Shown piece after piece: positions 25,443 to 38,498 of a DNA stretch of 45,920 nucleotides; position 1 is the stretch's first letter, and every line of letters begins with the position of its first letter. Below the pieces are notes generated by a model, which was not told the origin of the DNA, ran no database searches, and saw nothing but the letters and a program-made list of their open reading frames with translations. This DNA comes from Paraglomus brasilianum (lineage: Eukaryota): NCBI GenBank assembly GCA_910592345.1, contig CAJVPI010000176.1, positions 1 through 45,920 of the forward strand, read 5' to 3'. Made by a program: the position numbers and the translations under genes.

Positions 25443-28400
25443 ATGGAGGCCTCTCCACTCTCTTGGGAAGAAGAATTCTTCTGCCATGGAGGGGTAGACT
25501 ATCATGCTTTCATAAACTGTTCCTTTTTCTCTGTCTACCCGATTGCGACTTTTCTACTCGTTTTCGTTCTGGGAGCATACCGATATGGTACTGTCCTCCG
25601 ACAGCGAGCCGTATACCAGCCATTATTCGAGTCCACAAACGTCACTCGCCTTTCTACCCTATCTAAAGCTATATACGTTCTCAGTGCTTTGATAGTAGCA
25701 ACATACCTAATAGATAGTATCATACTGACGTGTAGAGCTTTGATTGAGAAATATTGGACTTCTACAAACTATGCCTTGTATGATGTCTTTTTCACGGTTG
25801 CCTGGGTGATTAATTTGAGTTTGATGTCATTCGAGTCAAAGGTTAATAGAACATGGTCATGGATACAGTATGCATTCTATTGGGTAGTACTTGCTGGAAA
25901 CTCTGTTCTGCTATATTCGTGGCTCTTGAACGTGACGCATGATAAAACTGGTAGGTTAATAGCTATTGACTGAACATGAGGAAAATGATTTCATGTTGGT
26001 GGCTGAATGTTTGCTATTACATTTGAAAAACGGAATATGCCCCCGATAGTTGATAAGTGTATCAATGACTCTAATCTTCATTGGAATTATTTGTTAGCAT
26101 ACTAATCATGTAATTTTATATGGCTTCAACTTGTCTATTATACAGATCAGGATATGACCATCTACGACCTTTTATTATTTTTCACCTTTATCGCTCGATA
26201 TTTTCTCCTCTTGGTTGCAACCATTGCTGTCAGTTTTCATGCCTTCCAGGACACTGTCTATGATGATGTCGAATCTGGATTTACGACAAACGGTAGTGCT
26301 TACGAATCCTTGCCTAATGCAGCTGGAGATGCTCAACATGCCGAAGGTGTAAGCACTTGGTCGGACTTTTTCGAAAAGATGCGAAAATTGTTACCATTTC
26401 TATGGCCGGACAAGAACCGAGCGTTGCAGATCATGGTTTTCGTCTGTTTCCTTTTGATGATCACGGGGCGCATTGTGAATGTGCTTGTACCGCGACAATT
26501 GAAGATTATCACCGATGAATTGACGAGCGACGACGGACATCGTCGTAAGTAGAATGAATCAAAGGGGGGTGGTGTCGAATAATCCGATGACGAACAAACG
26601 TCACTGTTTATACCAAACTAATCATCGTCTCGTATTTGATTAGCCCAATTTATTTGGGGATCAATTGCTTTATTCGTCTTTTTCCGATTTCTCCAGGGTG
26701 GAGTAGGTCTTATACAATCAACTCAGAATTATCTTTGGATTCGCGTTGGCCAGTATACTACTCGAGAGATTTCTACGAGCATGTTCGCACATCTTCATTC
26801 TCTATCTCTTTCGTTCCACATTAATCGTAAAACCGGCGAAGTCTTACGAGTGATGGATAGAGGCACTTCCAGCATCGTCTCTCTTCTCAATCAAATTCTA
26901 TTCCAAATATTACCCGTGATCGTGGACATTGTAGTAGCCGTGATTTATTTTGTAATTGCTTTCGGGTGGTCCTTTGGTAGTATCGTATTCGTCACAATGG
27001 TGAGCTATATCTATGTTACAATATCGATTACCGAGTGGAGGACGAAATTCAGAAGAAGAATGATCGAGCTGGATAATGATGCAAGAGCTAAAGCTGGTAA
27101 GTAGCCATTATATCTTGACGTGTAGTATCGTCGACATGTTTCTAATTATTGTTGTTGTTTTTTTATAGTGGATTCATTATTAAACTTTGAGACGGTCAAG
27201 TATTACAATGCAGAACGCTTTGAAATACAGAGATACGATGAAGCTGTGGCGAAATATCAGGAAGCTGACTATGAAGTACAGCTATCTCTTAACGTTTTAA
27301 ATCTCAGTCAAAATCTCATAATCACGCTTGGGTTGCTTGTCGGGACCTTGCTCTGTGCTTATCGCACTGCGCAAGGTGAATTTACCGTTGGTCATCTCGT
27401 GCTGTTTCTGACATATATAAGTCAACTGTATACGCCGGTGAGAAGATGTTTAAGTATTATACATGCAATGCCCACAGTTTTGATAATAAGTCTAATATAA
27501 TTGTGTCTCGTACAATTTTTTTTGTAGTTGAACTTTTTCGGAACTTATTACAGATTGATTCAATCCAATTTCATCGACATGGAACAGATGTTTGATCTTT
27601 TCAAACAAGAACTGAATGTAAAGGATGCTCCTGATGCAACGGAATTGAAAGTAACCGAAGGAACAGTTACCTTCGGTACATATTTATTAAATGCCATTTT
27701 CTGATTTCACTGTCAGGCTCTGTTGTTACATACTAACATACTATTCAAAATCCACAATCTTTTTATTTCAATTACAGAAAATGTTTGTTTCTCTTATGAT
27801 CCACGACAACAAGCACTGAATAACGTCTCTTTCACGATTCCTCAAGGCAAGACGGTTGCTCTAGTAGGACCCAGTGGCGGTGGCAAGTCAACAATATTGC
27901 GATTGCTATTCCGCTTCTACGACGTAGAGTCTGGGCGCATCTTGATCGATGGCCAAGATATCAGACAAGTTAAACAAGAGTCGCTTCGTCGTAACGTTGG
28001 TGTTGTTCCACAGGACACCGTTTTGTTTAATGATACTATATTTTATAACATACACTACGGAAATGTCAATGCAAGTGAGAACGAAGTATACAAAGCGGCC
28101 AAGGCTGCACAGATTCACGATCGCATACTGACATTCCCAGATGGGTATGAGACGAGAGTTGGAGAACGCGGTCTTAGGTTGAGCGGTGGCGAGAAACAAA
28201 GAGTCGCTATTGCCAGAACCATGCTAAAGGTATAGTAATTTCATGACAATATTCTTTTTTTAAATATTTTAATTCCATGACTAAGACTTTCAAATTTTTT
28301 GGATATAATAATAGGATCCTCAGGTAACTATTATATCAATCTGCATTCATTTCTTCGCTCTTTCTTCTTCAATCTCTAATGTTACAAATCTTCTCTCTCC

Positions 28401-28690
28401 CCCCTGCTCAGATCATTCTCCTTGACGAGGCAACCTCTGCACTCGACACAACAACCGAGCGCCAAATCCAGCATGCTCTTACATACATAACTAAAGACCG
28501 AATGACCCTAGTTATCGCTCATCGTCTCAGCACGATAGTAAACGCCGATCTGATCCTCGCTATAAAAGATGGTAGAATAGTCGAGTCTGGAACTCATAGA
28601 GAATTAATTGAGAACGTAGACGGTGTTTACTACGAGATGTGGCAGAAGCAACTATCTGAGGATCAGAAAATAGATGCATCAAACAATTAA
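25443..28690 (+). CDS. HMT1: ABCB6/HMT1-type half ABC transporter with N-terminal TMD0 (heavy-metal tolerance family), 8 exons
   Basis: [43 protein letters not shown], Walker [10 protein letters not shown], signature [23 protein letters not shown] and IAHRLSTI. The hydrophobic N-terminal extension distinguishes it from Atm1. Confidence 0.93.
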
Positions 28691-28887
28691 TAATGATGCG
28701 GAATAATATTTATTGATTAGATGGAATGTATAACTTTAGCGGGGTGGCCTTGTACAATCATATACCATTTAATAAAAACATCAAATATATTTGTTATGCA
28801 ACAGCTCCAAATAACATTCTATAATACAACTCTACACTTTTACTAACTGATTCGAGATTAAATAATTAAATAGGAATATGCTTTTAT

Positions 28888-30414
28888 CTACATGAACTTC
28901 TTAACGATCAATGTAATTACGATAGCCAGAACAATCCCAATCAAGATGTCAATAAAAACAATGTCTCGTGGTTTATGTGACATAGTATTTGGCACCAGCC
29001 GATCAGACGTCTCTTCCACTAATTGATCGGGCGTCTCTTCCACTAATTGATTGGGCGTCTTTTCTGTCAATTGACCAGGCATCTCCGCCGACTGACCAGA
29101 TGTCTCTTCAGAACCTACAGTGAAATTAAAAGTTATACAAGCAATACATCTATACTGATACATCACGAGTCTGTAACGTACTTGCAAGGTCGGTAGTAGT
29201 ATTGTTATTAGGCATCTCCTTGAACACATCTTCATAGTACATTACAATCTTTTCTCCCAGAGTTTCGCGAGCTGGCGCTTTATCGGTGCGTGTTCTATCT
29301 GGCAGCAGCACTATGTTGGGTACTTTACATATTTTGCATGTGTCATTACGAGACCTAAAAACAGCGAGCGACAATCAAAGTTATTAAAAATAACCGCAAC
29401 GACATATAAAATTGGTTGATTCTTACCGTTTAGCCAAAATCTTACGATCCTCGGGTGAATAACTATCATCGCCTCCGATCGCACCATTCGCTATCAAAAA
29501 AAAAAGAAAAAGAAAAAGAAAAGTCATTATATTAGAAGCTAAAATTCAACACACGGTTTTGAGAGATAAAAAACTAATCTAATCGGTTATCCATACCTTT
29601 AGTCGTCATAAAGCCAATTAGTGCTAATATGACTGTTCGAACTGAACAAGAGATTCAAATAGCAAGAACGCAATTTTTAGATCAAAAAGGTATTAAGCCA
29701 GTAGAATCCTACTGCAAGTAAACGTAACTTACTTCCCCAGGCGGGCAACCAGTACTCTGGATGATACCCAGTAATACTTAGGCAGATTTTCTTGTTAGGT
29801 ACAAACCGACCATTTGGCTGGACAAAGTCAGAGTCAATGTAAGTTTCTGAAATACAAAATGTGCTCAACAAAAAAAAAAACTAAAAAGAATGGGATAATA
29901 CAGTAGTGAGCATAATGTTTGGCGGTTTAAAAGGATATTCTGGTGGGAGAAGTATTCGGCCATGGTATCTATAATGAAAGGTATATAGCAGTTTAGCGCA
30001 TTGAAAAAACTGATCCATTAATCGAATTATACTTGCCTTCCGCCCTCGTATTCGGAATCCATGGGACCTCGAATTACAAAATGCCATTCAAAGATATTAT
30101 CCTACAAAAGACCAACCAACATACGGTAAGTTACAATTCAAACTAATTCCTACCAGTAATGTAGTATACATACTTCAAGAGGCTCAGCACAGTAATCATC
30201 ACTATCGTCCTCTCGCAGTTCCTTGGCTTCTCGTAAGAGTCGTTTAACAGCTATGACATGTGATTTAATACAATGCGAACATTCTCAAGTTTTGACCTAA
30301 TTATGCTCCTCTTTTACCTGGACTGCGTGTGTTGTAGCCGCAAATTTGAGAATTCTTTGCCTGCGAAGCTGACTGTTCGACAGGAAATGGCGGTTCAACG
30401 TAAGAGCGAGACAT
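28888..30414 (-). CDS. UBC6: Tail-anchored ERAD E2 enzyme, Ubc6/UBE2J1 type (about 9 exons)
   Basis: YNTRSP|AVKRLLREAKEL..AEPLE|DNIFEWHFVIRGP..EYEGGR|YHGRILLPPEYPFKPPNI..PNGRF..KICLSITGYHPEYWLPAWG, with a C-terminal TM segment DILIGIVLAIVITLIVKKFM. Confidence 0.93.
29006..29077 (-). repeat. Coding 24-nt tandem repeat, about 3 copies ([P]xQL[V/T]E[E/K]T), in the Ubc6 linker
   Basis: CGTCTCTTCCACTAATTGAT is repeated, plus a degenerate third copy. Confidence 0.85.
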
Positions 30415-30583
30415 GGTGAAGTAACTTGAAATAATAATAGATAAATTCGGAGCTTAACTGAGTTTTGAAATATATTAATAGGTTACATTCTTTATCTACC
30501 CACCCACTGTCCAATCGTATTTAAATGGGTGATACCAAATATGTCGTCATTTGAATTCCACAATACTGTTTCTGCTCTCAGAC

Positions 30584-31576
30584 ATGAGAAAAAGAAAATC
30601 ACAAGTGAGCAGTTTAGAACCAAACTCCAACACGAAAGCCGGTGGATCCAAACGAGCACGCTTCAGTCTTCCTTCAGACTCTACAAATGATAGTTTCAAT
30701 GAAGAATTTGACCACACAGAGTCGCTAGAGAAAGCAAAGATCCGTAAAGGTGCCGTCAGGCTCGAGGGCTACGGATCTGATAGTTCAGACGATGATGGAG
30801 AGGCGTTGTATCTGCGTCGAAGTGGTACTGTCAAAGGAAAACAACGGGCAGAAGCCGATCAGGATATGTTTGCAAGCGACGATGACATTGACGAGAACAA
30901 GGAATCGGACGAAGTAGGATTCAGCAAGAAAAAGAAAAAGAGGTATTTGGAGATTAACGACATAGCAGGTCAAGAGTTTGATTCGATAGACAGATATGAT
31001 GAAGAGACGGACGAACCCGCAATAATGGCGTTCAACATGATAGAGGAGATGGAAGAAGGAAAATTCGACGAGGCCGGAAACTATGTTAGAAACCGAAGGG
31101 ATCCAAACGCGTTCCATGATAATTGGCTTAACGGCCTATCACGAAGGGACATTGAACAAGCTAGAATTGCTCACGAAAAGCAAGAGCAGCAGCGCAAACT
31201 AAAAGAAGCCGAAGAAGCAGCTCAAGCTCCGATGGATCATATAGATATATGGAAAGAATTATTGACCATAATGAATAGAGGCGAAAAGCTTGTAGACACG
31301 TTTCAAAGGTTGGGAGGAAGGAACAAGAACAAGCGTAAACGATTTACCAACAAGAAAAAGAAAGACATAGAGGCAGAGGCACAAGTCGTCACTGAAGTGA
31401 CTGAAGAACAGAAAAGGAAAAGAGATATCGAGAAATTAACTGAATTATCGGATCGAATGATGGCACTTGGACATCTTGACATCTACGAGTCTACTTGGGA
31501 ACAGATATTAAGGAATTTGAAAAAGGAGGGAGCAGTTTCGCCAGATTGGATGCCGCCAGAGACTTTTTTTGGTTGA
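30584..31576 (+). CDS. LIN1: LIN1/CD2BP2 (U5 snRNP 52K)-like protein, single exon, no GYF domain seen
   Basis: EGYGSDSSD, DIAGQEF, AFNMIEEMEEGKFDEAGNYV, HDNWL and IEKLTELSDRMMALGHLDIYE. Confidence 0.85.
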   Translation: MRKRKSQVSSLEPNSNTKAGGSKRARFSLPSDSTNDSFNEEFDHTESLEKAKIRKGAVRLEGYGSDSSDDDGEALYLRRSGTVKGKQRAEADQDMFASDDDIDENKESDEVGFSKKKKKRYLEINDIAGQEFDSIDRYDEETDEPAIMAFNMIEEMEEGKFDEAGNYVRNRRDPNAFHDNWLNGLSRRDIEQARIAHEKQEQQRKLKEAEEAAQAPMDHIDIWKELLTIMNRGEKLVDTFQRLGGRNKNKRKRFTNKKKKDIEAEAQVVTEVTEEQKRKRDIEKLTELSDRMMALGHLDIYESTWEQILRNLKKEGAVSPDWMPPETFFG

Positions 31577-32672
31577 TAACGAAAGGGTATTTATGTGTTA
31601 AAAGCAATATACAGAATTGTTGTTATCTTATTTGCAGTTTTATCTCTATTGCTGTTGTCTGTTCGGCTGCAGTTATTCACCGACACAGGCCAGTGTAGTT
31701 GTATTTTAAACCCTTTCGGTATCTGCTACGATGGACAATAAGAGATATACATTTATATTATATCCCTCTTGCAACCAGAGATCGTAGCAGGATATTGTTG
31801 TTTCGTGTGCATTCCTGAGCAAATAAAAAGATGTAGAGCAATTTGCCAAGGTGGTAGAGTATTAGTTTACGCCGTCCAACGGTGAATAGTTATCCAATTT
31901 GTCTATGATCGAAGCGCTACGAGGGGCAAGCAGTGGGTACAATCGTAAGTCGAGAATGTGCAAGTCGTGCATGTTACGTGGTATAGTTCAATCAGTAAAA
32001 TCCGATTTACCTGATACGCTGAATGTACATATTAATATTATATATTAAACTTAATAAATAAGGAAATATTATCGGGATTCATAAAATGTTTCAAGTCGTG
32101 TTTATTCCCGTGATATACTGATCTTTCAAAAGACTACGCGGTTAGAACAGAGAAATCAATAGATCGCATAAGACTGGGGGAATCTCAGTTACGCGCTTGG
32201 GAAGAGTTCGTTGTGCGATGCTACTGCATTTTAAAGAGAATGCTCTAAAGCAGTCATTACCTTGACGTTACATTATATATCTACCATGCGAATCATGGTG
32301 TTGTAGCTAAACTAATTCCATCGAAACGAAAAATATTATTCGTTAATGGTTTTGGTAACAATGGACTATAAATAGATACTGAATAATACATTCGTGTCGT
32401 ATCTAATTCATTATTTACTAAATGTAAGGCAAATATTTACAGAATCAAGGGAAAGAATTTAATGCAACTTAATTGTGTGGCATTACCCAGAAATTTCTTT
32501 GTGTGGACGTGTCGCAAAATTCCAATTGGTTACAAGAAAAGCCAAACTCTCACAACAGTGCAGGTTTTGAATAACTCGTCCAGATCATAAGCCTTGTTGT
32601 TTATCTCCTTTGTTTCGCTTTACTATTTATTACATACCTCTTTAGCCTTGTCGAATAGTCTGATCTAATATA

Positions 32673-33522
32673 ATGGAAAAATTAAGGGAGGTATGTACTC
32701 ATTTAACGTCGAAACGTAATTGACAATTTGCGAGAACTGCGCAAAGCTAGGCTCGACTGAACTGTCGAGCGCTTCTACCCTGGCATTTGTTCTCCTAAAG
32801 TTACTTAACTTGAGCGTCGATGTAATTTGGACAAGACATATAAAGTGCATATTTGATCTCTATATCTATACATATACACGTAAATTTTTGTCCCCTTTAG
32901 AGACTCCAAACTCTCCGCGCAGAAGCAGATGCCAATGCTGAGCGTGCTGAGCGTGCTGAAGCTCAATGCAAGGTTCAAGAAACGGAAAATATTACAAAAG
33001 AGAAAACCATTATGAGTCTCAATAATCAAGTCATTCTTTTGGAAAAAGAACTAGAGGCAGCTCAGACTAAAATCGAGGACGCGAAAAGTCTTAAAGAGGA
33101 AGAAGAGAATCAGAAGGCGCAGATCGAGGCGCTTCAAAGGAAGATATCCTTACTTGAAAAGGAGCTGGATATAACTGAGAATAATCTTAGAGAAACGACA
33201 GAGAAGTAAGGAAACAGGGGGAGGGAAAGAGAAGGGGGGGTGGGGAGGGAAATTGTCATTTTCATTAGAGCTATCTGGCAGTGTGAGCGAAATTGTACGA
33301 GATGAGTGGACTTTTGTGTTTGGTACGATTCCTAACCGAGACATGTTTGATCTAATTAGACTACGTCAAACTGACGTCAAGGCTGAACACTTTGAACGGA
33401 AAGTGCAACAACTTGAGAATGACAAAATTCAATTGGAGATGCGCCTTGAAGAGCGGGAAAATGAAATGAAACTGAAAGAACAGGAGTTGGAGGACACTCT
33501 CAAACAAATTGACAACATTTAG
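32673..33522 (+). CDS. TPM1: Fungal tropomyosin (Tpm1/Cdc8), 3 exons
   Basis: MEKLRE|RLQTLRAEADANAERAE..LQRKISLLEKELD..NLRETTEK|LRQTDVKAEHFERKVQQLE. Confidence 0.95.
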
Positions 33523-35211
33523 GGTGATTGATAACCGAGTAGCTTGTCAACCTTATCACCACTATTTAATCGTTATATGTTAATAATATCACATTGCGCA
33601 TATACATTACATAGGAATCATTTTATACATAATAACATGTAATAAAGGCTAATTCGAGATTGGTTCATATATGATAATGTGTAAGATAGATGCAACAAAA
33701 TGAATGTGAACGAGGAATTTTGATTGTAATTGGCAATGTTTGTATTATTATTATTTGGCTTTAGATTGAATGGTAATATTGGGCATGCTGCACAACTAAA
33801 CAAAGTGACATATGAAGGTGAATTTATCGCGAAGAATTATATCAAAGACATTTTTATTCACAACAGCTAGCGAGTAGCACAGAAGTGAAGTGAAAAAAAA
33901 AAAAGGGATTAAATAATTTGGTTCTCTGTAATCATTTCTTGATCTGCATAGATCACAAGAATCCATTGTTTGTACAATGATCTATCATGTATTCTATGGT
34001 AGATGGGTGAAAGGAGAATGTATGCATGAGAAGTTGCCATGTGGAATCAGTTTAACATTAATATATCAGTGAAATATGCATGGCTGAAAGATTTAACAGA
34101 ATATATCCATACTCATTGATTTTAATCACAATTTATACAAACATGTGATCAAGAAGGAATAGTTTTAACCGAATTTTATAGAAATTCGAAAAATTACCTA
34201 TTACTATGTATTAACTGCGAAAAAGAACCTACATATTGGAATCCAATACTATAAAATTACAAAATCCATATTTAAATCATTGAAAGAATTAATATTTCTA
34301 GATAACTATTTAATTTGTAGCTAGAATTTCGATTAAGAGTATCTATTAAAAAATAAAACGAAGAGGTCAGTGGTTAGAGCAACAGTCACAGAATCCTTTG
34401 TGTCCAATATGTAAAGCTGGATGCGGTAAACCAATGTTTTGTCAGGAAGTCGCATCTCAAGTATAACATGGCAGACGCAATACAATTGGTCTGTATATTC
34501 AAAGTTGGAGAGTTTAAGATACCATTATTAGTGAACTTTTGCAGCTCGCGATGAATAATTTTCAAGAATTTAGGAGAAACCTCTATATTTATAACTTCTC
34601 GTGTATTGGTATGTTTTATTTTCAAACGCTTTGATTATATCATATGTAGTAAATATTATCTTTATCTTGGCTATTTATGCTTTATGACAAATTCTTATTT
34701 AGAATTCAGGAAACAACGCGATCTAAAATGATTCGAGTATAATAAGACAAATGCCATCGTACTTTACAGCCTCTACATTTTATTGTTTTTTTTGTTTTTT
34801 TTTTAATTATTCACTACCTTCAAAAATGATAAATGGAGCAAGACAAGCTAAACAGTCCTCGGTTCTTTCGCTCACCTGCCTACCAAGTTATACCTCCAAT
34901 CTCGTTGCTCTAGAAACTTAGCTTAAAAGAAATCTTGAACCGAAAAAAAGGTGCTTACAACCCAGCATTGGAGATAAGAAACGCTTATTCGACTACTAAA
35001 GTTGCTGTTAATATTATACAGCGTCTAGCTGTAACGGAAGAAACTATGCTCATTGTAGGAAGAAATAATAATACTTCTATTATATTTTGCCGAGTAATGA
35101 GTGGTTAAACTTCGTCGCGAGATTATTTTCGAAAAAACAACAAACGGAAGTAAATGTTCGATGTAACACAATCTTATCTAAAATAGTTCGAACCCTTTTT
35201 CATTCAAAACT

Positions 35212-35745
35212 ATGTCGTTAGTTCCAGATATTCAAAACCCAGCGATTAACAACTTGGTCGCAACTAGTAGTAAAAAATGGATTTCTAACTCTGAAATTAC
35301 CGAAATAAAGTCAACTCAAATTGACAACGTCTACTACGCAGTGAATAGTGAGACAACGATAATGCTGCTATGCCTTGGAAGTGGCGAAGAGTTTACACAA
35401 ACACTTGTGAGTGAATTTGCTAGAATATACTCACTTCCAACACACAAGTACAACAATGGCGTTGATCTGTTCAGAAGACATTCCGTATTATATTCCATCT
35501 CCTTCATAAATCAAATCCAAAATCGATACAATATCGCCTCTTATCCGCCGGAAAACATACATATCCATTTGAATTACTTTTACCCGGGGATTTGTCCGAA
35601 ACAATTCAGAGAGGTTTTTCGAAAAGAAGCATCGAATTTTTCGTGTCTCGTGATCTCGCATCTAACTTTGTGTCTATTGCCTATTACTATTTACAGTAGT
35701 ATGGTGGGGACACAAGTACGCATCAAAAGGGGAAATTGTTACTAA
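35212..35745 (+). pseudogene. Truncated N-terminal fragment resembling an expanded AM-fungal kinase-associated family
   Basis: DIQNPAIN..TQIDNVYYA..IMLLCLG..TLVSEFARIYSLPTHKYNN, recalled as the N-terminus of Glomeromycota kinase-like proteins. No kinase core follows. Confidence 0.45.
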
Positions 35746-38498
35746 AAATGTCAATGATCAACTATATAAAAAATCGTTTCAGGAACCGTTCTATGACTCT
35801 TATGTTTTAATGCCTGTCGTCTCTCCTATATCAATCCATAAATCGTTTGAACTGTGATGCCACGCTATAAACAGTGACGTATCTCTCCTAAATTTCTGCA
35901 TTTCTCCGACGGCGCAGTAACAGGTAAGCAGTGCAAGTCATACGAGAATATATAGTTATGTGTGCACAAGCACCACTGCAGCAGTGCCGCAAAAGTCATA
36001 ATTGAAAAAGCTGCTAAGAATAGATCATTAGTCTGCTCGAAAGATATATAAGTAGAGTAGATTTCAGTTAGATAGAAGTCAGTCAATAAGTGCATGTTTA
36101 GCATCTAATTACTCTCGATTCCTTTATTGTAAATAAATGAGTAGTTCTTTATACTCTGAAATACATTGTTAATGATTCATTCCCTGGTAACTTATCGGTA
36201 TAGCTGAGAAACCGCTAATCCCTATATCGATGAAGAATAATCGCCTCTTGTCCCGCGATTATTCGAGTGGCAAATTATGATAATTAATTGTTATGTAAAT
36301 GCGCGTTATTATGATTTATACACCATTGTACCCCAGACGGGAGACTATCGACTTTATCCCACGATAGTAACCGATAGACATACTCAGGAGTACAATTAAT
36401 ATATCCAGGATTAGCGTCATTCTACGATGAAATAGTTCGTAAGTGGAAAACCTTGAACTGACGAGGTCACTAACTGCATGGGACGTATTCAACTAACGAC
36501 ACAGCAGGCATCATGCAACTTAAACATAATAATAAAAATGACAATCTTGTTAACAATACTAATACGTCGATAACTCGTCTATGCAAGCATGATACATATT
36601 TCCTTGCTGTATTGCTTTACCTAGCATGGCCTCGTACCTGGAATGGTATTAATGTCAATACTTTAATGTTGTATGCTTGGCTCGGAAAACATTAATTGAT
36701 ATGAATAACGTCTATAGTAAGTCTTATTATTACAGCATGTCAATACTTACACATTTAAGCGGTCTAACACCAGTAAACGTAGTCTGTAAGAATAGGTACG
36801 GCAGCACCAGCTAAAAAACAAACGCTCAAAAGTTATAAGCAAAGCAGCTTTTTAGCAATAAGATATTTTGAAATGCTATCCGAAAACATACAATACTGGT
36901 CTTAATCGAGCGTAACTGTTAGTTAATCTGGGTTTTTATATAGCAAGATGGCTATTTTTCGGCTCTAAGTAAAGTTGACGCACGTCATAAAAGCACAGAA
37001 ATCGAAGTTTTAGGTCAAAGTGCCACTAATACTAAATATCAATATGTCCCATGACTATTATAATTAGTTTATTTTTATGTAAATTTAGCAAGTAGATGGT
37101 GGAAGGTGATTTGAGAAAACACTACATTACTATTATGACTTATCACATGATACAAATCCGTATACCGATAACGTAATACTATACAGTACAGTATCTGTTG
37201 TAAATAATAGTTTTTGACTCCAACACTAATTGTTAGTCGCAAGTCACGTTCGCTATAAATTAATCAGTTTGCGCAATATATTTGACATGATACTATTTAC
37301 CGTAATAGTTCTTGTCGCATGTGATAGTATTACAAAAAGGTTTAAGGTTGACATTCATAAAGTTTGTCAGCAGACGGTGCAAAAGCACGGTTTACAATTC
37401 AAAGAAACAGCCTTTGATCAATAAGCAATTAACCATATTTAAATATTATATAAACGACTGATTCAATAAGCGCGGCCGAATCTGTTACACCGCATATAGT
37501 GAGTCTGGGATATTTTTTAGTACCAAGCTCATATTCAGAAATCTGCAGTTCTGCGGCCTCGATTCCGGGGAGAGATTGGATGAAAGAAATTTTGGGGAAA
37601 GAATGGTTCGACAAGGGGCCATCTAAGTTAAAAATTGACACACGAGCATGAATTTGTTTCTTGCCATGCAGAATCATGCAGAAACTAGTTACCTTAATTA
37701 AAGTGACGTTTAGTATTAGGCAAGGCCGTCCCTAACGCAAACATAACACATTATCAACTTGTCTTTGCATATAAAACGTGGTATTATCTAAAAACATCTA
37801 CTTGCTTATCTAATGCTATCGATTTATGGCGTTACTAAAGATTGAATGAATTACTGAGAATGGAAAATTCCTCTTAGATTCTAAATCAACTTTGTTCACA
37901 ATACTTACCGATAGAGCACAAAATAGTATTACCACAAACGCTATGACAATACCCTTGCATCATGTAAACGGAGATCTTTTTGTGAAAATCCGTATCCAAA
38001 GAAAATCCGCGTATCAATATTCGTGACACGGTTTTACTATGTTTCGGCGTACACAAGATAACGTTATGCAAAGAATGAATAATCTGTCATACTCGATAAG
38101 GGTCAAGGCGGGCATTCGCCGTGCTGGCAAATGCAGGTAATGGAAACTGACTTTGGACCTGAGAATGATTGATAGACATAGAAGCTGGGATAACTCTTAC
38201 TTGAAGTACAGTACGAATATACCGGTTAATGCCTTTTTAGGAAGTCTAGCATAATTTGACATAAACAAATTAAAAATTTATGACGGTATCTCCAAAGACG
38301 TCATCGAATCCAGTGCAACAAACAATAGTGCCATAAATAGATTTGTTTATCTTTATTTAACGTAAAGTAAATTTTCGTTGTTTGCAGTAGAAACAGTATT
38401 GTACTACTTACTAGTGAACGTGTGTGACATTTTGTTACATTTCAATATAAATCCCCCAAAGAAGTTATTGTGAATTTAGCGATTCAAACAATCCCTTA

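Noticed and set aside
9945..28690. CobW and HMT1 as a metal-homeostasis cluster
   Set aside because: They are 14 kb apart with unrelated genes between them.
33900..38300. Scattered short ORFs (34386-34625, 36300-36460, 37429-37677)
   Set aside because: Possibly gene-family debris, but apart from the fragment at 35212-35745 no family can be supported from the sequence alone.
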